DNA of 63,525 nt, filler included, from Globobulimina sp. (GCA_003354225.1; 51 parts of 51 records of this genome joined end to end with filler, not necessarily neighbours in it); one strand, 5' to 3'; positions 22,518 through 34,944 are shown, numbered from the whole stretch's first letter. The notes: generated by a model from the sequence alone, not told the origin. Numbers and translations: made by a program.

Positions 22518-23536
22518 TTGTGCACAATGCAATATGCAGATGACCCGGATAACATATTAGACCGTCGATTGCCAAACAATTTAGATTTAATTCGTGGTGA
22601 TATATTAGCAGAAGCAGGCTGTGACGATCAAATATCATTTTGTTTCAATAATTTGGCCAAATGTACCACAGAAGACTGGCAATTGCGCAATTTTTTAATG
22701 GAAATGATTACAGGCTTATGCAGCGAGAAAAAATCCATTTCATACTCTATTATTTACGAATCGAGACATATTATAAAGAAACAATTGACGGATTTAAGGT
22801 CGACTATTGTTAAAACTACGTGTGATATGCTAATTGTTTTTAGTAAATACAGTGATAAAACAAAATATGGACAATCGCTTTCATTTTTTATTCCAACGCA
22901 CTTACAAGGTTTGAATGCATAAGAAGCAAATCTATTAAATCTAACTCTCAGCATTCGGCATGTTTTGCAAGCGGACTGCTTTTTGTTAGATTTGAAGTAA
23001 GTTTTTTTTTTATTTCAACTCATGACACTCCGTGAAATATAGGTTTATATGTGACAATCTCATGCATTCGTGACGCGCACAACCAATGTTTAACCCAATC
23101 GATTAATAATACGCAGTCATTTAAATGTATAAACCCATTATTAAAAGGATTGCAAAATAAACATCCGGAGGTCAGAGTAAAAGTGATCCATTTATTATCG
23201 TCGTTAATTAATACAAGTCAACTTATTAATAATTTTAATATGAATAATAACAATAAAAAAATGGACAAATATGCGGATGCAATTGGAAATACCATAAAAA
23301 CCTATATTTCTGACGCAAACGCAAATGTTCGTGACGCGGTTAAACAATTATTTGAAAACTTTGCCAAACAATTTCCACAAAGAGCGAAAATGTTATTGTC
23401 CAAAGTTGATGTTAATTCACAAAAAACATTAAGGAAATGTGTCGGAATCAATCAGGATACTAAAAAAACACAATATAAACGACAAACAACATCCAGTTCT
23501 TCAAATTATGGACAAAGCAGAACAAGAAGAAAATAA
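22518..23536 (+). CDS. CLASP-like TOG/HEAT domain protein, intron 22909-23042 (5'-partial)
   Basis: DWQLR, LTDLRSTIVKTTC, KHPEVR, DANANVR motifs; splicing joins THLQ to GLYVTI in frame. Confidence 0.75.
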
Positions 23537-23932
23537 AAATAAAACACCAGTTTGTTGTGACATTTATTCCACGATTACTTAATATTTATCATCAACGACT
23601 ATATGAGCATATNNNNNNNNNNNNNNNNNNNNNNNNNNNNNNNNNNNNNNNNNNNNTTAATTAATTAANNNNNNNNNNNNNNNNNNNNNNNNNNNNNNNN
23701 NNNNNNNNNNNNCGTCCCATTTGAGTTTGCCCTTGACAGGGACTTCTGTTCTGGGACCGCGTCCCATTCTGATCTGTCGCACAGACCTGCAAAAGGCACT
23801 CGTGCCTGCTAAATAAGCCGCTCGAATCCTGATATAGACTCTGTCGCAGAGGTCATGAGAGGTTGTTTTATTGCTCCCCGCTCTCGCTGCCAAGTTTAAC
23901 AGGCGGCCTATATTATAACGTGTAAATATATA

Positions 23933-24860
23933 TTGTGTTTCCCCTCCGTTTTTTATAAATATTTTTCCTCCACTATTATATGCACTGTATATTATTGTAT
24001 TATGAATGTTTCACCGACTATTTCAACATCAATACCACGTATTACTGCGACAGGAAGAAACTCTAGTCAGATGGAAAATCCCAGAAAAAATTTGACCAAT
24101 AATACCAAAAATACCAACTATACCATCAATACCACTAATAATACTGATACTGTTAATAATGATATATCTGATACCATACCAGAAGATGGAATGATACACC
24201 ATGAAACGAATATGCATAAATGTTTCTGTTTTGAAAATCGAAAATGTCAAAAATGCAAAAAATGCGAAATATGTAAAATTAAGAAAATGATGCCATCACG
24301 GATCCAACCTGAACGAAATGCCAAAACCAAAACAATAAAAGAGGGAAAATTAAAAGAAAATCCAGGATTGTATGACTCTGATTTTGAATATAAAGACAAT
24401 AAAAAATCAAAACCACCACATTATACTGTGAAAGAACAAAGTAGTATCAAAAGAAAACAACAATTTGAAGAAAATAGAACTAATAATATCAAAATTCGAG
24501 CGAAGAATGCTAACTTTAATACTAAAATTGATGACTTATACACACCAAAACGACTAAGTATGAACTATTACAATCCAAGTAGTAGTACGGCAAATATAAA
24601 ACCTGTATGTACAACGATACCAGATCAGATAAAGGGACTGCATACCGAAGAAATGGATATAATAAACCAAGCCGAAAAGTTAATGGAAAAAACTGTTATA
24701 CTTAAAGAAAAATGGAATTTAAACCGATCTAATAATGAAACACCGATGACAGTATGTACTGAATCACCGATAAAAGTATGTACTGAGTCAGAACTAAATC
24801 TCGAGTACGTACTAAATCAGAATTCAAGTCCTACAACACCGAAAATACCGATTGCAGTAT
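23933..24860 (+). CDS. Hypothetical N/T/K-rich protein with Cys cluster (possibly retroelement ORF1-like; 3'-partial)
   Basis: Long ORF with HKCFC....CQKCKKCEIC; no firm family. Confidence 0.45.
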
Positions 24861-24962
24861 NNNNNNNNNNNNNNNNNNNNNNNNNNNNNNNNNNNNNNNN
24901 NNNNTTAATTAATTAANNNNNNNNNNNNNNNNNNNNNNNNNNNNNNNNNNNNNNNNNNNNCA

Positions 24963-26108
24963 TCCGTTCCAACTTCTTTTATCGAAACATTATTGGCCGA
25001 AAACAATACGGATTCGTTAATAAATCGGGGATATTGTGTGGTCAAATTGGATGAGCAAACTGTCGAATATTATTCAACATTTCATAAATTAATTGAAGAG
25101 TTTTTTGCTTTGACTGAACAAGAAAAAGCAAAGTATGCATTATTACAATTTGATGCAATGCAGAATTCACCAAATCAATGTCATGGATATTCGCAAGTGT
25201 CCAATTTGAAGGAACAATTTATGCTCAGATGCATTGGAAATAATACACATTTGGCAGATAATGACAAAGATTGCTATATTTTCCCTCATTTTGAATTTGG
25301 TAAATACGGAATGCAAATATATGAATCATTAGATTTAAGAGCAAGAGAATTGGCGCAAAATGTTATGGTTAAATTGGGGAAATCTGGTGAATGTGTGAGT
25401 GATTTATTGGACCCAATCAATAAAATCGCGTCGGACTCGGACTGCAATAATAATAATATTGTACAAAGTGGAAAACATACGTTTTCATCATTTATGCCAA
25501 GTGGTTACATATCATCATCGATTATGGATAATTTCCATTATTTCCCTCCATCGCAGGAAAAGCATCAGAAATTTTATAATAATCACGCATGTCATACGGA
25601 CTCCGGATTAATGACTGCTGTCATCACAACGGATGAGCCGGGATTGGAGTTATTGGATCAAACAATAAATAAATGGATCCAAATCGAAGAATTGCTGCAA
25701 ACATATTTGAAGCAAAATGGTGAGTATGATAAGGATGCATTGCCTCATCGCAGATTTGCTACATTTTTTTGGTCGGATTCTGTGGTTTATTTAAATAATG
25801 CGCCATTTATTGATGGTGGTAATAAACAGCAATCATTGGAGCCGTTGTTTCATCGCGTCGCTGATTGTAAAAATGAAAGGTTTTCCGTTGTATTCAAACA
25901 AAGAACGGCGCCGTTAAGAACACATTGCAGATATCAGGAAGATTATATTTTGGCATCCATTCAGCAAAAAGTTGATACGCAAAGTAAAAATGCATATACT
26001 TTATGGGGAAATAATAAAAATGCAAAGGAAGCAGGACGACTTAATATATTGTGGATATCTGCCGCATTCTTTGCTGTTTCTGCCATTTGTTTGTACGCAT
26101 ATATATAT
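24963..26108 (+). CDS. 2-oxoglutarate/Fe(II) dioxygenase (IPNS-like) with C-terminal TM helix
   Basis: RGYCVV...EEFFAL, HTDSG, HRV...RFS facial triad and RxS motifs. Confidence 0.85.
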
Positions 26109-26269
26109 NNNNNNNNNNNNNNNNNNNNNNNNNNNNNNNNNNNNNNNNNNNNTTAATTAATTAANNNNNNNNNNNNNNNNNNNNNNNNNNNNNNNNNNNN
26201 NNNNNNNNTGTTTCCTCAAGTTTGTCAGCAAGTTGCAAGTTAATATCTGTTGTAGTTAGCTGAAGTTTT

Positions 26270-26500
26270 TCATTGTCTAATAGAAAATTACGCCATTCTG
26301 AAATAAAATTATCGCTTACAGGTTTATCAAACTTTTTTGTTCTCACCACTGGATATACAAAATGCAGATCTGGATGAATCAGTTTTTCATATTTATTACA
26401 TGAAGGGCAGCTACCGCATGAATCAGTTTCGGTTCTTTGCGTACAAGATATATATTGTGCATAAGCTATAGCTAATGAAAGCTTTCCAACACCCTCTCCA
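26270..26500 (-). CDS. holB: Bacterial (Bacteroidetes-like) DNA polymerase III delta' fragment
   Basis: GxGKLSLAIAYAQYISC, DSCGSCPSC, HPDLHFVYPV, FISEWR. Confidence 0.85.
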
Positions 26501-27294
26501 CCAAATAAATCACACTTTGTATGGTGTCCAATGTCGACCACATCACTCAATGCAGCGTCCCATATGCTTGATATATAAAGATGTAATGTTTGCATTTATT
26601 CGCATTTGAAATAGATTTATGATTTATACCTAAATATAATCCATTTTAAATGTTTCGTTTTGTCTTGTATTCCCATATAGCCTTTGGGGAAAACACAAGA
26701 CCAATACGTACAGCTATGCGATTTTAAAGGTTTTATACTGTACATTACACATATTTTGTTGTTATTTTGTGTCTTATTTTGTAACTCAGTATGCCATACA
26801 ATATATGTTGACGGAGCAACTTGGTATTCAGCTTTGTTGTTATTAAACAATTCGATTTTAAATTGTTGCTGTTTTTTAGATTTATCACGTTTACAAATAT
26901 TAAATGCATTGTTGCTGCCATCTAAACATAGATTATCTGTGTGGCCTTTGGTTGTTACGATATATAAATCACTCAAATCATCATATTTTACGAATTTAAA
27001 TTGTTGGAATGGATTGTTTCGCTTTAATTCATTTTGGATTAATGATGCATTCAATTCAAGATATTTCAAAGAAAATAAATTTTGAATATGGTAATAATTA
27101 TCTTTGCCAACATATAATTTATATTTTTGATGTGTGCCACCATGCAGAGGATACGCTGTTACTTTAATACCATTGTCTGTTTTTAATGGCACATCCAATG
27201 CGATTTTGTTATTTTGTGCATTAAAGAAATAAAATAAATACTCTTTGTCTTGGCTGAATGTATGGAGCGGCGATTTCTCATCTTCTTCTTTCAT
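26485..27294 (-). CDS. Ricin-B lectin domain plus DUF3472-like domain protein, intron 26567-26629
   Basis: QKY/QQF (QxW/F) beta-trefoil repeats; after splicing reads TYW...GYMGIQ...IIFSIWD...FGGEG. Confidence 0.65.
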
Positions 27295-27460
27295 CTCATT
27301 GCTATCTATTTTACCAACATTCTGACAGAGTTTTTCCTAGGAAACAAAACACACAANNNNNNNNNNNNNNNNNNNNNNNNNNNNNNNNNNNNNNNNNNNN
27401 TTAATTAATTAANNNNNNNNNNNNNNNNNNNNNNNNNNNNNNNNNNNNNNNNNNNNTCAG

Positions 27461-28604
27461 CTATAAGACCGCCAATAAGCTGAAGGTCTCTGTGTTTGAT
27501 GGACGCGAATTGCTGAACGATATAATCATGGAATTCACCAAAATATACATGATTAAGCCGACAAAATTGCCCATATTCCATCTCTGCGCCAAATCAGAAT
27601 GTGGTAAATATAATCCTTCAATCGATTTCTGTTTGTTTTTATCGCCATCGTCGGTGGAAAATAACTGTAATTTCTTGGATTGCGGCGATTTGATGACACC
27701 GCGCGCATTGTTCCGCTTATTCGTATACTCAAAAATGGAGGCCGCGACCATCGGGTATTGCTTCAACAATGTATTCCAATGACTGCGATGGATGTAAATA
27801 ATTTCCGTGCCATTTGTCTTGGATTCGAAGTTCGAACCGATTGGCTTTGCCGAAATAAACTCGTTTTGCGCAAATAAGCGACCGTCGGTGATCGAGCGTA
27901 ACATGATACGTTTGCTATTCTCATCGAATGTAAATTCCTCCACATCGCCATAGATTAAAATGGGTAACTTTTCCAAAATGATGCCCTCGTTGAATATAAT
28001 ATCGTTTTCCAAATAAAAGCTAAATTCTAAGTTGTCCGCCAAACAGCGCAGGAAAGAGATGGGCGCATTGGCAAAAAACTTCTCTTCGCGCAATATATTG
28101 CCCACCAATTCATCACCAACTTCGCGCCGTAAATGCAACGGTAAATACTTGCTAAATATGGCATTGTCGTTCAAGCCGCGACATTTCTGCCATAACGTAC
28201 TGAAATATAACGAGGTCTGCTCCTTCACTTTCTCGTCATTGCCATTCTTGCTCAAATAGCGCAGGATGAGGTCTCTGCGATGCGTAAATTCAAATTCCTC
28301 GATCATAGATTGAAAGAAATAGGGCACGAAGGAGCCAATGATGTTGGTCAAAATGGTGAATCCCGTAACTTGTACAACGACTATTAAGCCGACTTGAGAT
28401 ATGTCGGTGGGGACAATGTCGCCATACCCAACGGCACACATTGTCACTAAAATGTAATATATGGATAAAACAAACGATTTTAACATATCCCCTGCAGCGA
28501 TGTAATCAGTTAAGTCCTTCGCGGCAATGGTAAACCAGATTGAGCCAGAAATATAAATCAAGGTTAAAAATAATAAGACGGAATAGAATATATTTCGAGA
28601 GATT
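27461..28604 (-). CDS. Cyclic-nucleotide-binding-domain K+ channel (KCNH/HCN/CNG superfamily), internal fragment
   Basis: Pore motif TMCAVGYGD, S6, C-linker LPLHLRRE, CNBD. Confidence 0.9.
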
Positions 28605-28997
28605 NNNNNNNNNNNNNNNNNNNNNNNNNNNNNNNNNNNNNNNNNNNNTTAATTAATTAANNNNNNNNNNNNNNNNNNNNNNNNNNNNNNNNNNNNNNNN
28701 NNNNGGAATCCCAACCCACCTCGCAACGCTTCGGACAATACCTACAGTCGGTCTAAAAAAAGCAAACACAAAAAGGAAAAGAAAAAACAATTTGAAATTA
28801 TGGTAAACACAAAATGCCACCAAACTGAAAGAGGGATATTTATGGTCTCTTTTCAGGAAAACTACAGTCGGTATGAACAGTACATGAAATGTTGAAGATT
28901 AAAAAAGAAAAAAAAAAGGCAAACACAAAAAAATTTAAGGGAAAGAAATTAAAATATTTTACAAAGTTTATTTGATTTGATTTGATTGGATTTGATT

Positions 28998-29852
28998 TTA
29001 TTGCGTTTTTTGTTCCTGATTGCTCGGAGCGTGCGCGTTCTCGTCGTCAATCACCATATTATAATCTGAAAATAAGCCCGATTCGTCGCCCAACGTCTTG
29101 ACGATTTGCGCGCGGATCACGTCATAGGGCACGCTGAACGATTCCAAGTCCATATGAGTCAAATCTTTGGCGTTGATTTCGATGAAATAGTCCAAGAATA
29201 AAAACAAAGAATTGATGGATTTGTTGTTGGGATGCAACTTCTTCAAATACAGCAAGGATTTGCCGGTGATGTCCAAAAAGAGCAACTTGTTCTTGCGATG
29301 CTTGCTCTGCTCCGTATAAATAGTGATCATCTCCGACACGGCGTTGGCTAAAGCGAAGCCATTATTTGATAGGGCGCCCAATTTGATGTTGTAATACACG
29401 TTGTTGTTCAGCCAAAACGAGTCCGCGAAGCAGATGCCGAACACCAACGGGATGTAGGACCACAACTTGCTGTCATTGTTGGCCAACTGATAGTAGACGT
29501 TGCGCATCACGTTGTCGGTGAAGTCGTTGACGATGCCGGTATCCAACGCCAAGTCCGAGATGGATTCGAAAAAGACGCGCTCCGACAAGAACTTGTCGCA
29601 AATCACCTTCATGGTTTGCGGGAAGAACGAGTTGCGTCCATTGCGCGTAGAGCCCGACAAGGTGTTATACAGCGCCTTGCGGAGCAACTTGCGGAACAAA
29701 ATCACGCTGCCAATGGTCACGCCTTGCTGCGAAATCACGTCCAGGCCGGAAAAGCGCTTAATGACAGAATGCCACTTGTCGTAGGAATGGAACTTGAACT
29801 GATCCACACTCGCAATCAGATCGCGGTTCTTCTCCAAAACCTGCTTCACAGA
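28998..29852 (-). CDS. NCKAP1: Nck-associated protein 1 (Nap1/Hem, WAVE/SCAR complex), C-terminal part
   Basis: IGSVILFRKLLRKAL, YNIKLGALSNNGFALANAV, LESFSVPYDVIR match the Nap1 C-terminus. Confidence 0.82.
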   Translation of the reverse strand, partial: SVKQVLEKNRDLIASVDQFKFHSYDKWHSVIKRFSGLDVISQQGVTIGSVILFRKLLRKALYNTLSGSTRNGRNSFFPQTMKVICDKFLSERVFFESISDLALDTGIVNDFTDNVMRNVYYQLANNDSKLWSYIPLVFGICFADSFWLNNNVYYNIKLGALSNNGFALANAVSEMITIYTEQSKHRKNKLLFLDITGKSLLYLKKLHPNNKSINSLFLFLDYFIEINAKDLTHMDLESFSVPYDVIRAQIVKTLGDESGLFSDYNMVIDDENAHAPSNQEQKTQ

Positions 29853-29952
29853 NNNNNNNNNNNNNNNNNNNNNNNNNNNNNNNNNNNNNNNNNNNNTTAA
29901 TTAATTAANNNNNNNNNNNNNNNNNNNNNNNNNNNNNNNNNNNNNNNNNNNN

Positions 29953-31100
29953 CAATTATTACGAAAATATGCAATTAAAAAAAGATCACCAATTACAACC
30001 AATCATATTTTATCTGTGCTATTATATTGTAATTATCCCTCAATACAACAAGCATTATCGCTATCATTTAAAAATAAATTGCAACATTCGAATTTTTCAA
30101 ATTTGTCGAAATATCTAACCGAATGCACTGTAATTTATGGTCAGTCTTTGCAGGGAAACCATGCCTTTTATCATTATATCAACGGACAATATGTATTTTC
30201 AGATTCTGTGATATCTTTTTGTTTACCAATATCTTGTACTGATTCATTTACTGTTGCTGCAAATATTGGAATTTATAATAATAATGGATTAATATTAGAA
30301 TTATCCCGTTACACTGCATGCGCAGCATCCACATTTTTTGATTGTAAATATTTATCAAATTTTGTGAATGAGAATGAAATGTTATTTTTTAACAGTTCTG
30401 AAGCATTTAGAATTGTCACAATTTGTGATATTCAAAATGCTCTAAATTATCACCCATATATCTCTGGAATAAATTATTTAAATGAAATATTACATGGAAA
30501 AAAACCTGAAGAAACACAGTCAAAACATGCTGTTAAAGCGATGGGATTATTGCTTGAAAATCAAGTAAAAAAACAAGACGCAAACGAGACAAAATACGTT
30601 GATATTAATATTCCAAAATATATTGATCATTTGTTTGCTGTGTATTGTAAACATACAAAGAAGATAATAGAAATTGATGTAGATAAAATAAATGATAAAT
30701 ACTTTAAAGAAAAATCTCACTTTATCTCAAAAGATGATTCATGGGTTGATTTAAAAAAGTTATGTACTTTATTTACAAACACACAACAAATTATAATTAA
30801 AGGTATAAATTTAACTGAAAACACATTTAAACGATTATTATTTTTTGTTGATTCACCAATTATGCACAAGAAAATGTGTAAATTAATAAAAATTGTATTT
30901 AAATATCCAAAGGAAGAAGGTATCGGATTTGAAGAAGGAATGAAAAAATATTATCATTGTATAAATTATAGAAAATGGGAAATATTTCATTTTATTCAAT
31001 TAGAAAATGATTTGGTTACAATATATTTTATCAAAAAAAACAATAAAAATATTGATGATAATATAGATATTGACTCGTTTGCATTTGAACTATGGAAAAC
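29953..31100 (+). CDS. Protein with ADP-ribosyltransferase-like (ART) fold, internal fragment
   Basis: FYH..., PISCT..F.VA, GLILEL, SNFVNENEMLF correspond to R/H-STS-ExE motifs, here degenerate. Confidence 0.55.
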
Positions 31101-31645
31101 NNNNNNNNNNNNNNNNNNNNNNNNNNNNNNNNNNNNNNNNNNNNTTAATTAATTAANNNNNNNNNNNNNNNNNNNNNNNNNNNNNNNNNNNNNNNNNNNN
31201 TCAGAAAAAGATAATCTATTACAAATTTATACAGAACAATTACAAACAAACAGGGAATCCATAAAATTTTATCAAAATAAATTAATTGCAGCCTATTCAA
31301 AAATGGATAAATTGTATAAACAATTGAATAAATTGAATAAATTGAATATATTTACGTAAAATGTTGTAGGGGTTTTTTATTTATGAATGTATTTTTTATC
31401 GATCATTATTTAGTCTTTTTAGCATTATTTTTACTTTTTATCAATAGAACATTTAACTTATTCACAACTATTCAATACTGATTCGAACAAGCAACCAAAT
31501 TAAACGTCAGATTACAATCTATTGAAGAAAACAATGTTAAATATATCAAAATATGCTAAGTACTGTAATTCGGATATTACAAACAAACGTTGACAAAAAC
31601 CAAAGAAAACCAAAAAAAATAAAAAAAAAGAATTTACATTTACAT

Positions 31646-32284
31646 TTACATCTCCTCCTCATCACTTTGCGACGGTGTATGTGGTAATTCATCCTCGTAA
31701 TCCCCATAAGTTTTAACCTTTTTCCCTCCATACATCAAATTCCTCCGTTGCGAGGCATACGGTCTCGCGGATGATGTATATTTATTATATTGCCCCACCG
31801 CACTCTGTCCGATCACCCCTCGATGCACCGTATGCATGGTCGATGGACCATATTTAAACTCATTCACATTCCCATCATCATCGCCATCATTATTTCCCTT
31901 TTCTTCCTCCGCAGCCACATACAATGGCTCTTCTTTCCGCTTCGGTGCCCATCGCAATGCTGCATTATTTTTATTTTTTTGCACATGTTTTTGCAACGAT
32001 ATTCCATTCGCATTGCTATCATTATCATCATCGCCATTTACTGCGCGATTTGACTCCTTTTTGTGATCATAGATTAACGACACAACAAACGTATGATTCG
32101 TGTTTGAATTATGTTTTACTTTGAAAATATCACTGAAATACAACACCAATTCCTTGATTTTTCCGTTGTACACATTCTTAATATTCGTATTGAATAAATC
32201 CATATAAATATCGGGCAATTTCGACAATGAAATATCTGAATAATATTTTGCAATTTGTTCCATTTCATTTCTAACTTTTTCCAT
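31646..32284 (-). CDS. Hypothetical protein, C-terminal exon
   Basis: 212-aa ORF with acidic low-complexity tail. Confidence 0.55.
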   Translation of the reverse strand: MEKVRNEMEQIAKYYSDISLSKLPDIYMDLFNTNIKNVYNGKIKELVLYFSDIFKVKHNSNTNHTFVVSLIYDHKKESNRAVNGDDDNDSNANGISLQKHVQKNKNNAALRWAPKRKEEPLYVAAEEEKGNNDGDDDGNVNEFKYGPSTMHTVHRGVIGQSAVGQYNKYTSSARPYASQRRNLMYGGKKVKTYGDYEDELPHTPSQSDEEEM

Positions 32285-32448
32285 TTGTTCATCGGAATGG
32301 CCATTATCTTCATACTTTTCCTAACAAAAAACAAATAAATTCCAGTTTNNNNNNNNNNNNNNNNNNNNNNNNNNNNNNNNNNNNNNNNNNNNTTAATTAA
32401 TTAANNNNNNNNNNNNNNNNNNNNNNNNNNNNNNNNNNNNNNNNNNNN

Positions 32449-33382
32449 GTAATTTGAAATTGATTAATGGCCGCAATACATTATATTTATGGAACCTTTT
32501 ATGTGTTGCAAACTCGCGACCACTCTTAAAACATAGCAGGCAGATAATGACCGCACTGTTATTGGTCATGCATTCTATACATTTTATCATGGGATGGCAT
32601 GGATTTATTTCGGTGTTACAGGCACTGCACAGTGGGCCGATACTTCTTCTTCTTCGTCGTCGCTTAATATTCCGTGGAAGAGTCGGGTTATTATGGCCTG
32701 TGTTGGTTGCATTTGTATTGGATAATTGATTGAGGTCAAATGATAAGGATAAGGAGGTGTTTTTGCTGAGTTGATTCATCATAGAATTTGAGTGCGATGA
32801 GCTGTTTGGTGACATATTTAATGAGGGTAAGGATAATGTGGCTTGCGGCTCAATGGATAATTTGCGTTTTTTATGTGCTGGTTCTTTAATGGAGGCGAGG
32901 ATATGGGGCAGATGATCGGGTTCGAAATCTGAAGCTAAGATGAAATGTTGGAGGGAGGCTGGAATTTTTATGTCTGGATAATTTTGAAGGAAATCCGTGG
33001 TAATAAATATATTGAATTGTTGCATGAGTGAGATTACATTTGGTGGTGAATCATCCGGCGGATTGATATATTTTTGAATAATTTGCCATTCATAGTTTGG
33101 ATATTCTTGTTTGAATGTTGGATGAGTGTTTTCTTGGAATTTTGAATCGTAGAATAGTTTGGGATATAAGGTAATGCAGTGAGAGTTTTGTCCAGTACAG
33201 GACTTATTGATTGCATTCTTTTTTTTAAACTTCCACATATGGCCAAGTATGCTCGGGATCGAGGCTGCTTTATAAGCACATGTTGTCAGTGGACAATTGT
33301 ATTTTGAAGTGGTTGAATCATTATCAAGCACAAAGATCATTTTAGATTCGTTTTCTTCATCTGCATCATTTAGGGAAGACAT
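32449..33382 (-). CDS. Protein with ADA2-type ZZ zinc finger (3'-partial)
   Basis: CSAC...IKCIEC...ICLLCF..G.E...HKRFHKY; contig ends where a SANT domain would be expected. Confidence 0.7.
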
Positions 33383-33905
33383 GAAAACTTCAAAATGAAT
33401 ACTAGCTTACTTTGTGAAAATCTTAAAACGACAAATATTTTTTTAATTTTTATAATTAATTTTTAAATTTAATTTAGATATAGAATCGGTGAATTAAACA
33501 AACGGTAAAATATAAAATAATATATATATAAAGTTATAAATGAAACATATTTGTTTGCTAACATGTAAATTGCACCATTTTTGTATGATTATTTTANNNN
33601 NNNNNNNNNNNNNNNNNNNNNNNNNNNNNNNNNNNNNNNNTTAATTAATTAANNNNNNNNNNNNNNNNNNNNNNNNNNNNNNNNNNNNNNNNNNNNAAAC
33701 TGACAAACTAAACTGGGATTTGGGGAAGATTTGGATTAATATTGGCTAAATTCATGATAAATGGATGATTTTATTTCAATTTAAGTTATTAAATTATTAA
33801 TAATGATTAAATCAGTTTAAACAATAAGACGAGGATGCAACCGAAAAATTAACTAAAGCTCATCTTTTTTTTTTAGCTTAAGTCACAAAAATAATTACTG
33901 TAATA

Positions 33906-34844
33906 ATGGCCTTCCAAGCACAACAAACCAAACGTTTGGGTTTTAATAAGGCAGTGATAATGGCATCATTCATTGCTGGTGGGTTTGTGCTATATAATAT
34001 GTGGCGGAAATATTCCAACATTGCAAACACAAAATGGTTGTCGACCTGTCCAAAACTTGAATTGCATGCACATTTACATGGCTCTATACGCATGCAAACA
34101 TTAGCTCAGTTATACGAAAATGCTTCAAACAATGAAAAATTGAAACACATCATTAAAAAAAATGAAAACCCACAGCACAAAATTCAACAAATTTTGAAAA
34201 AGCATAAAACATTCAATGAAGTACGTTGCTGTTCCTATCTTGTCTGAATATGGCAGATATTCTTTGTTGTCACACAGGTCTTTGCTTTGTTTGATGTGAT
34301 TCACAGAGTTGTTTGTTCCAAGGATGTATTGGTTCGCATCATTAACGAAGTGTTATTGGATTTTGCTAAACAAAATGTCAAATATTTGGAATTGCGATCG
34401 ACACCGAGAGCGTTAACAGTATCTGGGCATTCTCGGAAGGAATATGTTGATATTATTTTGGAGCAGATCCGGTGTTTCCCGCTAAAATATCGGAAATATT
34501 CAGATATGATAATCAGATTTATCGTCACAATGCAAAATGCTAAACCTTTGGAGGAAGCAGAAGAAAGCTTGGATATTATACAAAATTATATGGATAACAA
34601 TGACGATGAGGAAAATATTATTGTTGGCGTTGATTTTGCGCCCAGACCTATACAGAATAAACAGTTCAAATATTATGAAAGTGTGCTGAAGAAAGCAAGG
34701 AATATGGGCTTAAAGATCACTATTCATTTTGCAGAGTTTTATGACAGAAAAGAACAAGATTTGATATTGAATTTTGGACCGGACAGATTGGGCCATGCCG
34801 TCAATTTGGCGGCAGAGGATTATGAATATTTATTTAAGACTCCG
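33906..34844 (+). CDS. Adenosine deaminase-like protein (ADAL/MAPDA-type), intron 34221-34277, 3'-partial
   Basis: PKLELHAHLHGS, YLELRSTPR, VGVDF, TIHFAE, PDRLGHA; intron removal is in frame. Confidence 0.9.
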
Positions 34845-34944
34845 NNNNNNNNNNNNNNNNNNNNNNNNNNNNNNNNNNNNNNNNNNNNTTAATTAATTAA
34901 NNNNNNNNNNNNNNNNNNNNNNNNNNNNNNNNNNNNNNNNNNNN

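Noticed and set aside
22909..23042. Stop-codon readthrough or alternative genetic code in the CLASP-like gene
   Set aside because: The stop lies inside a GT-AG intron whose removal restores the frame; TAA, TAG and TGA all end other genes normally.
23713..23910. HDV-like ribozyme (GGCCGCC start and GAATGGGAC on the minus strand)
   Set aside because: P2, P3/L3 and P1.1 could not be placed in the required order.
28970..28998. (GATTT)n run as a telomere-like repeat
   Set aside because: It is a short internal microsatellite next to the NCKAP1 stop codon, not at a contig end.
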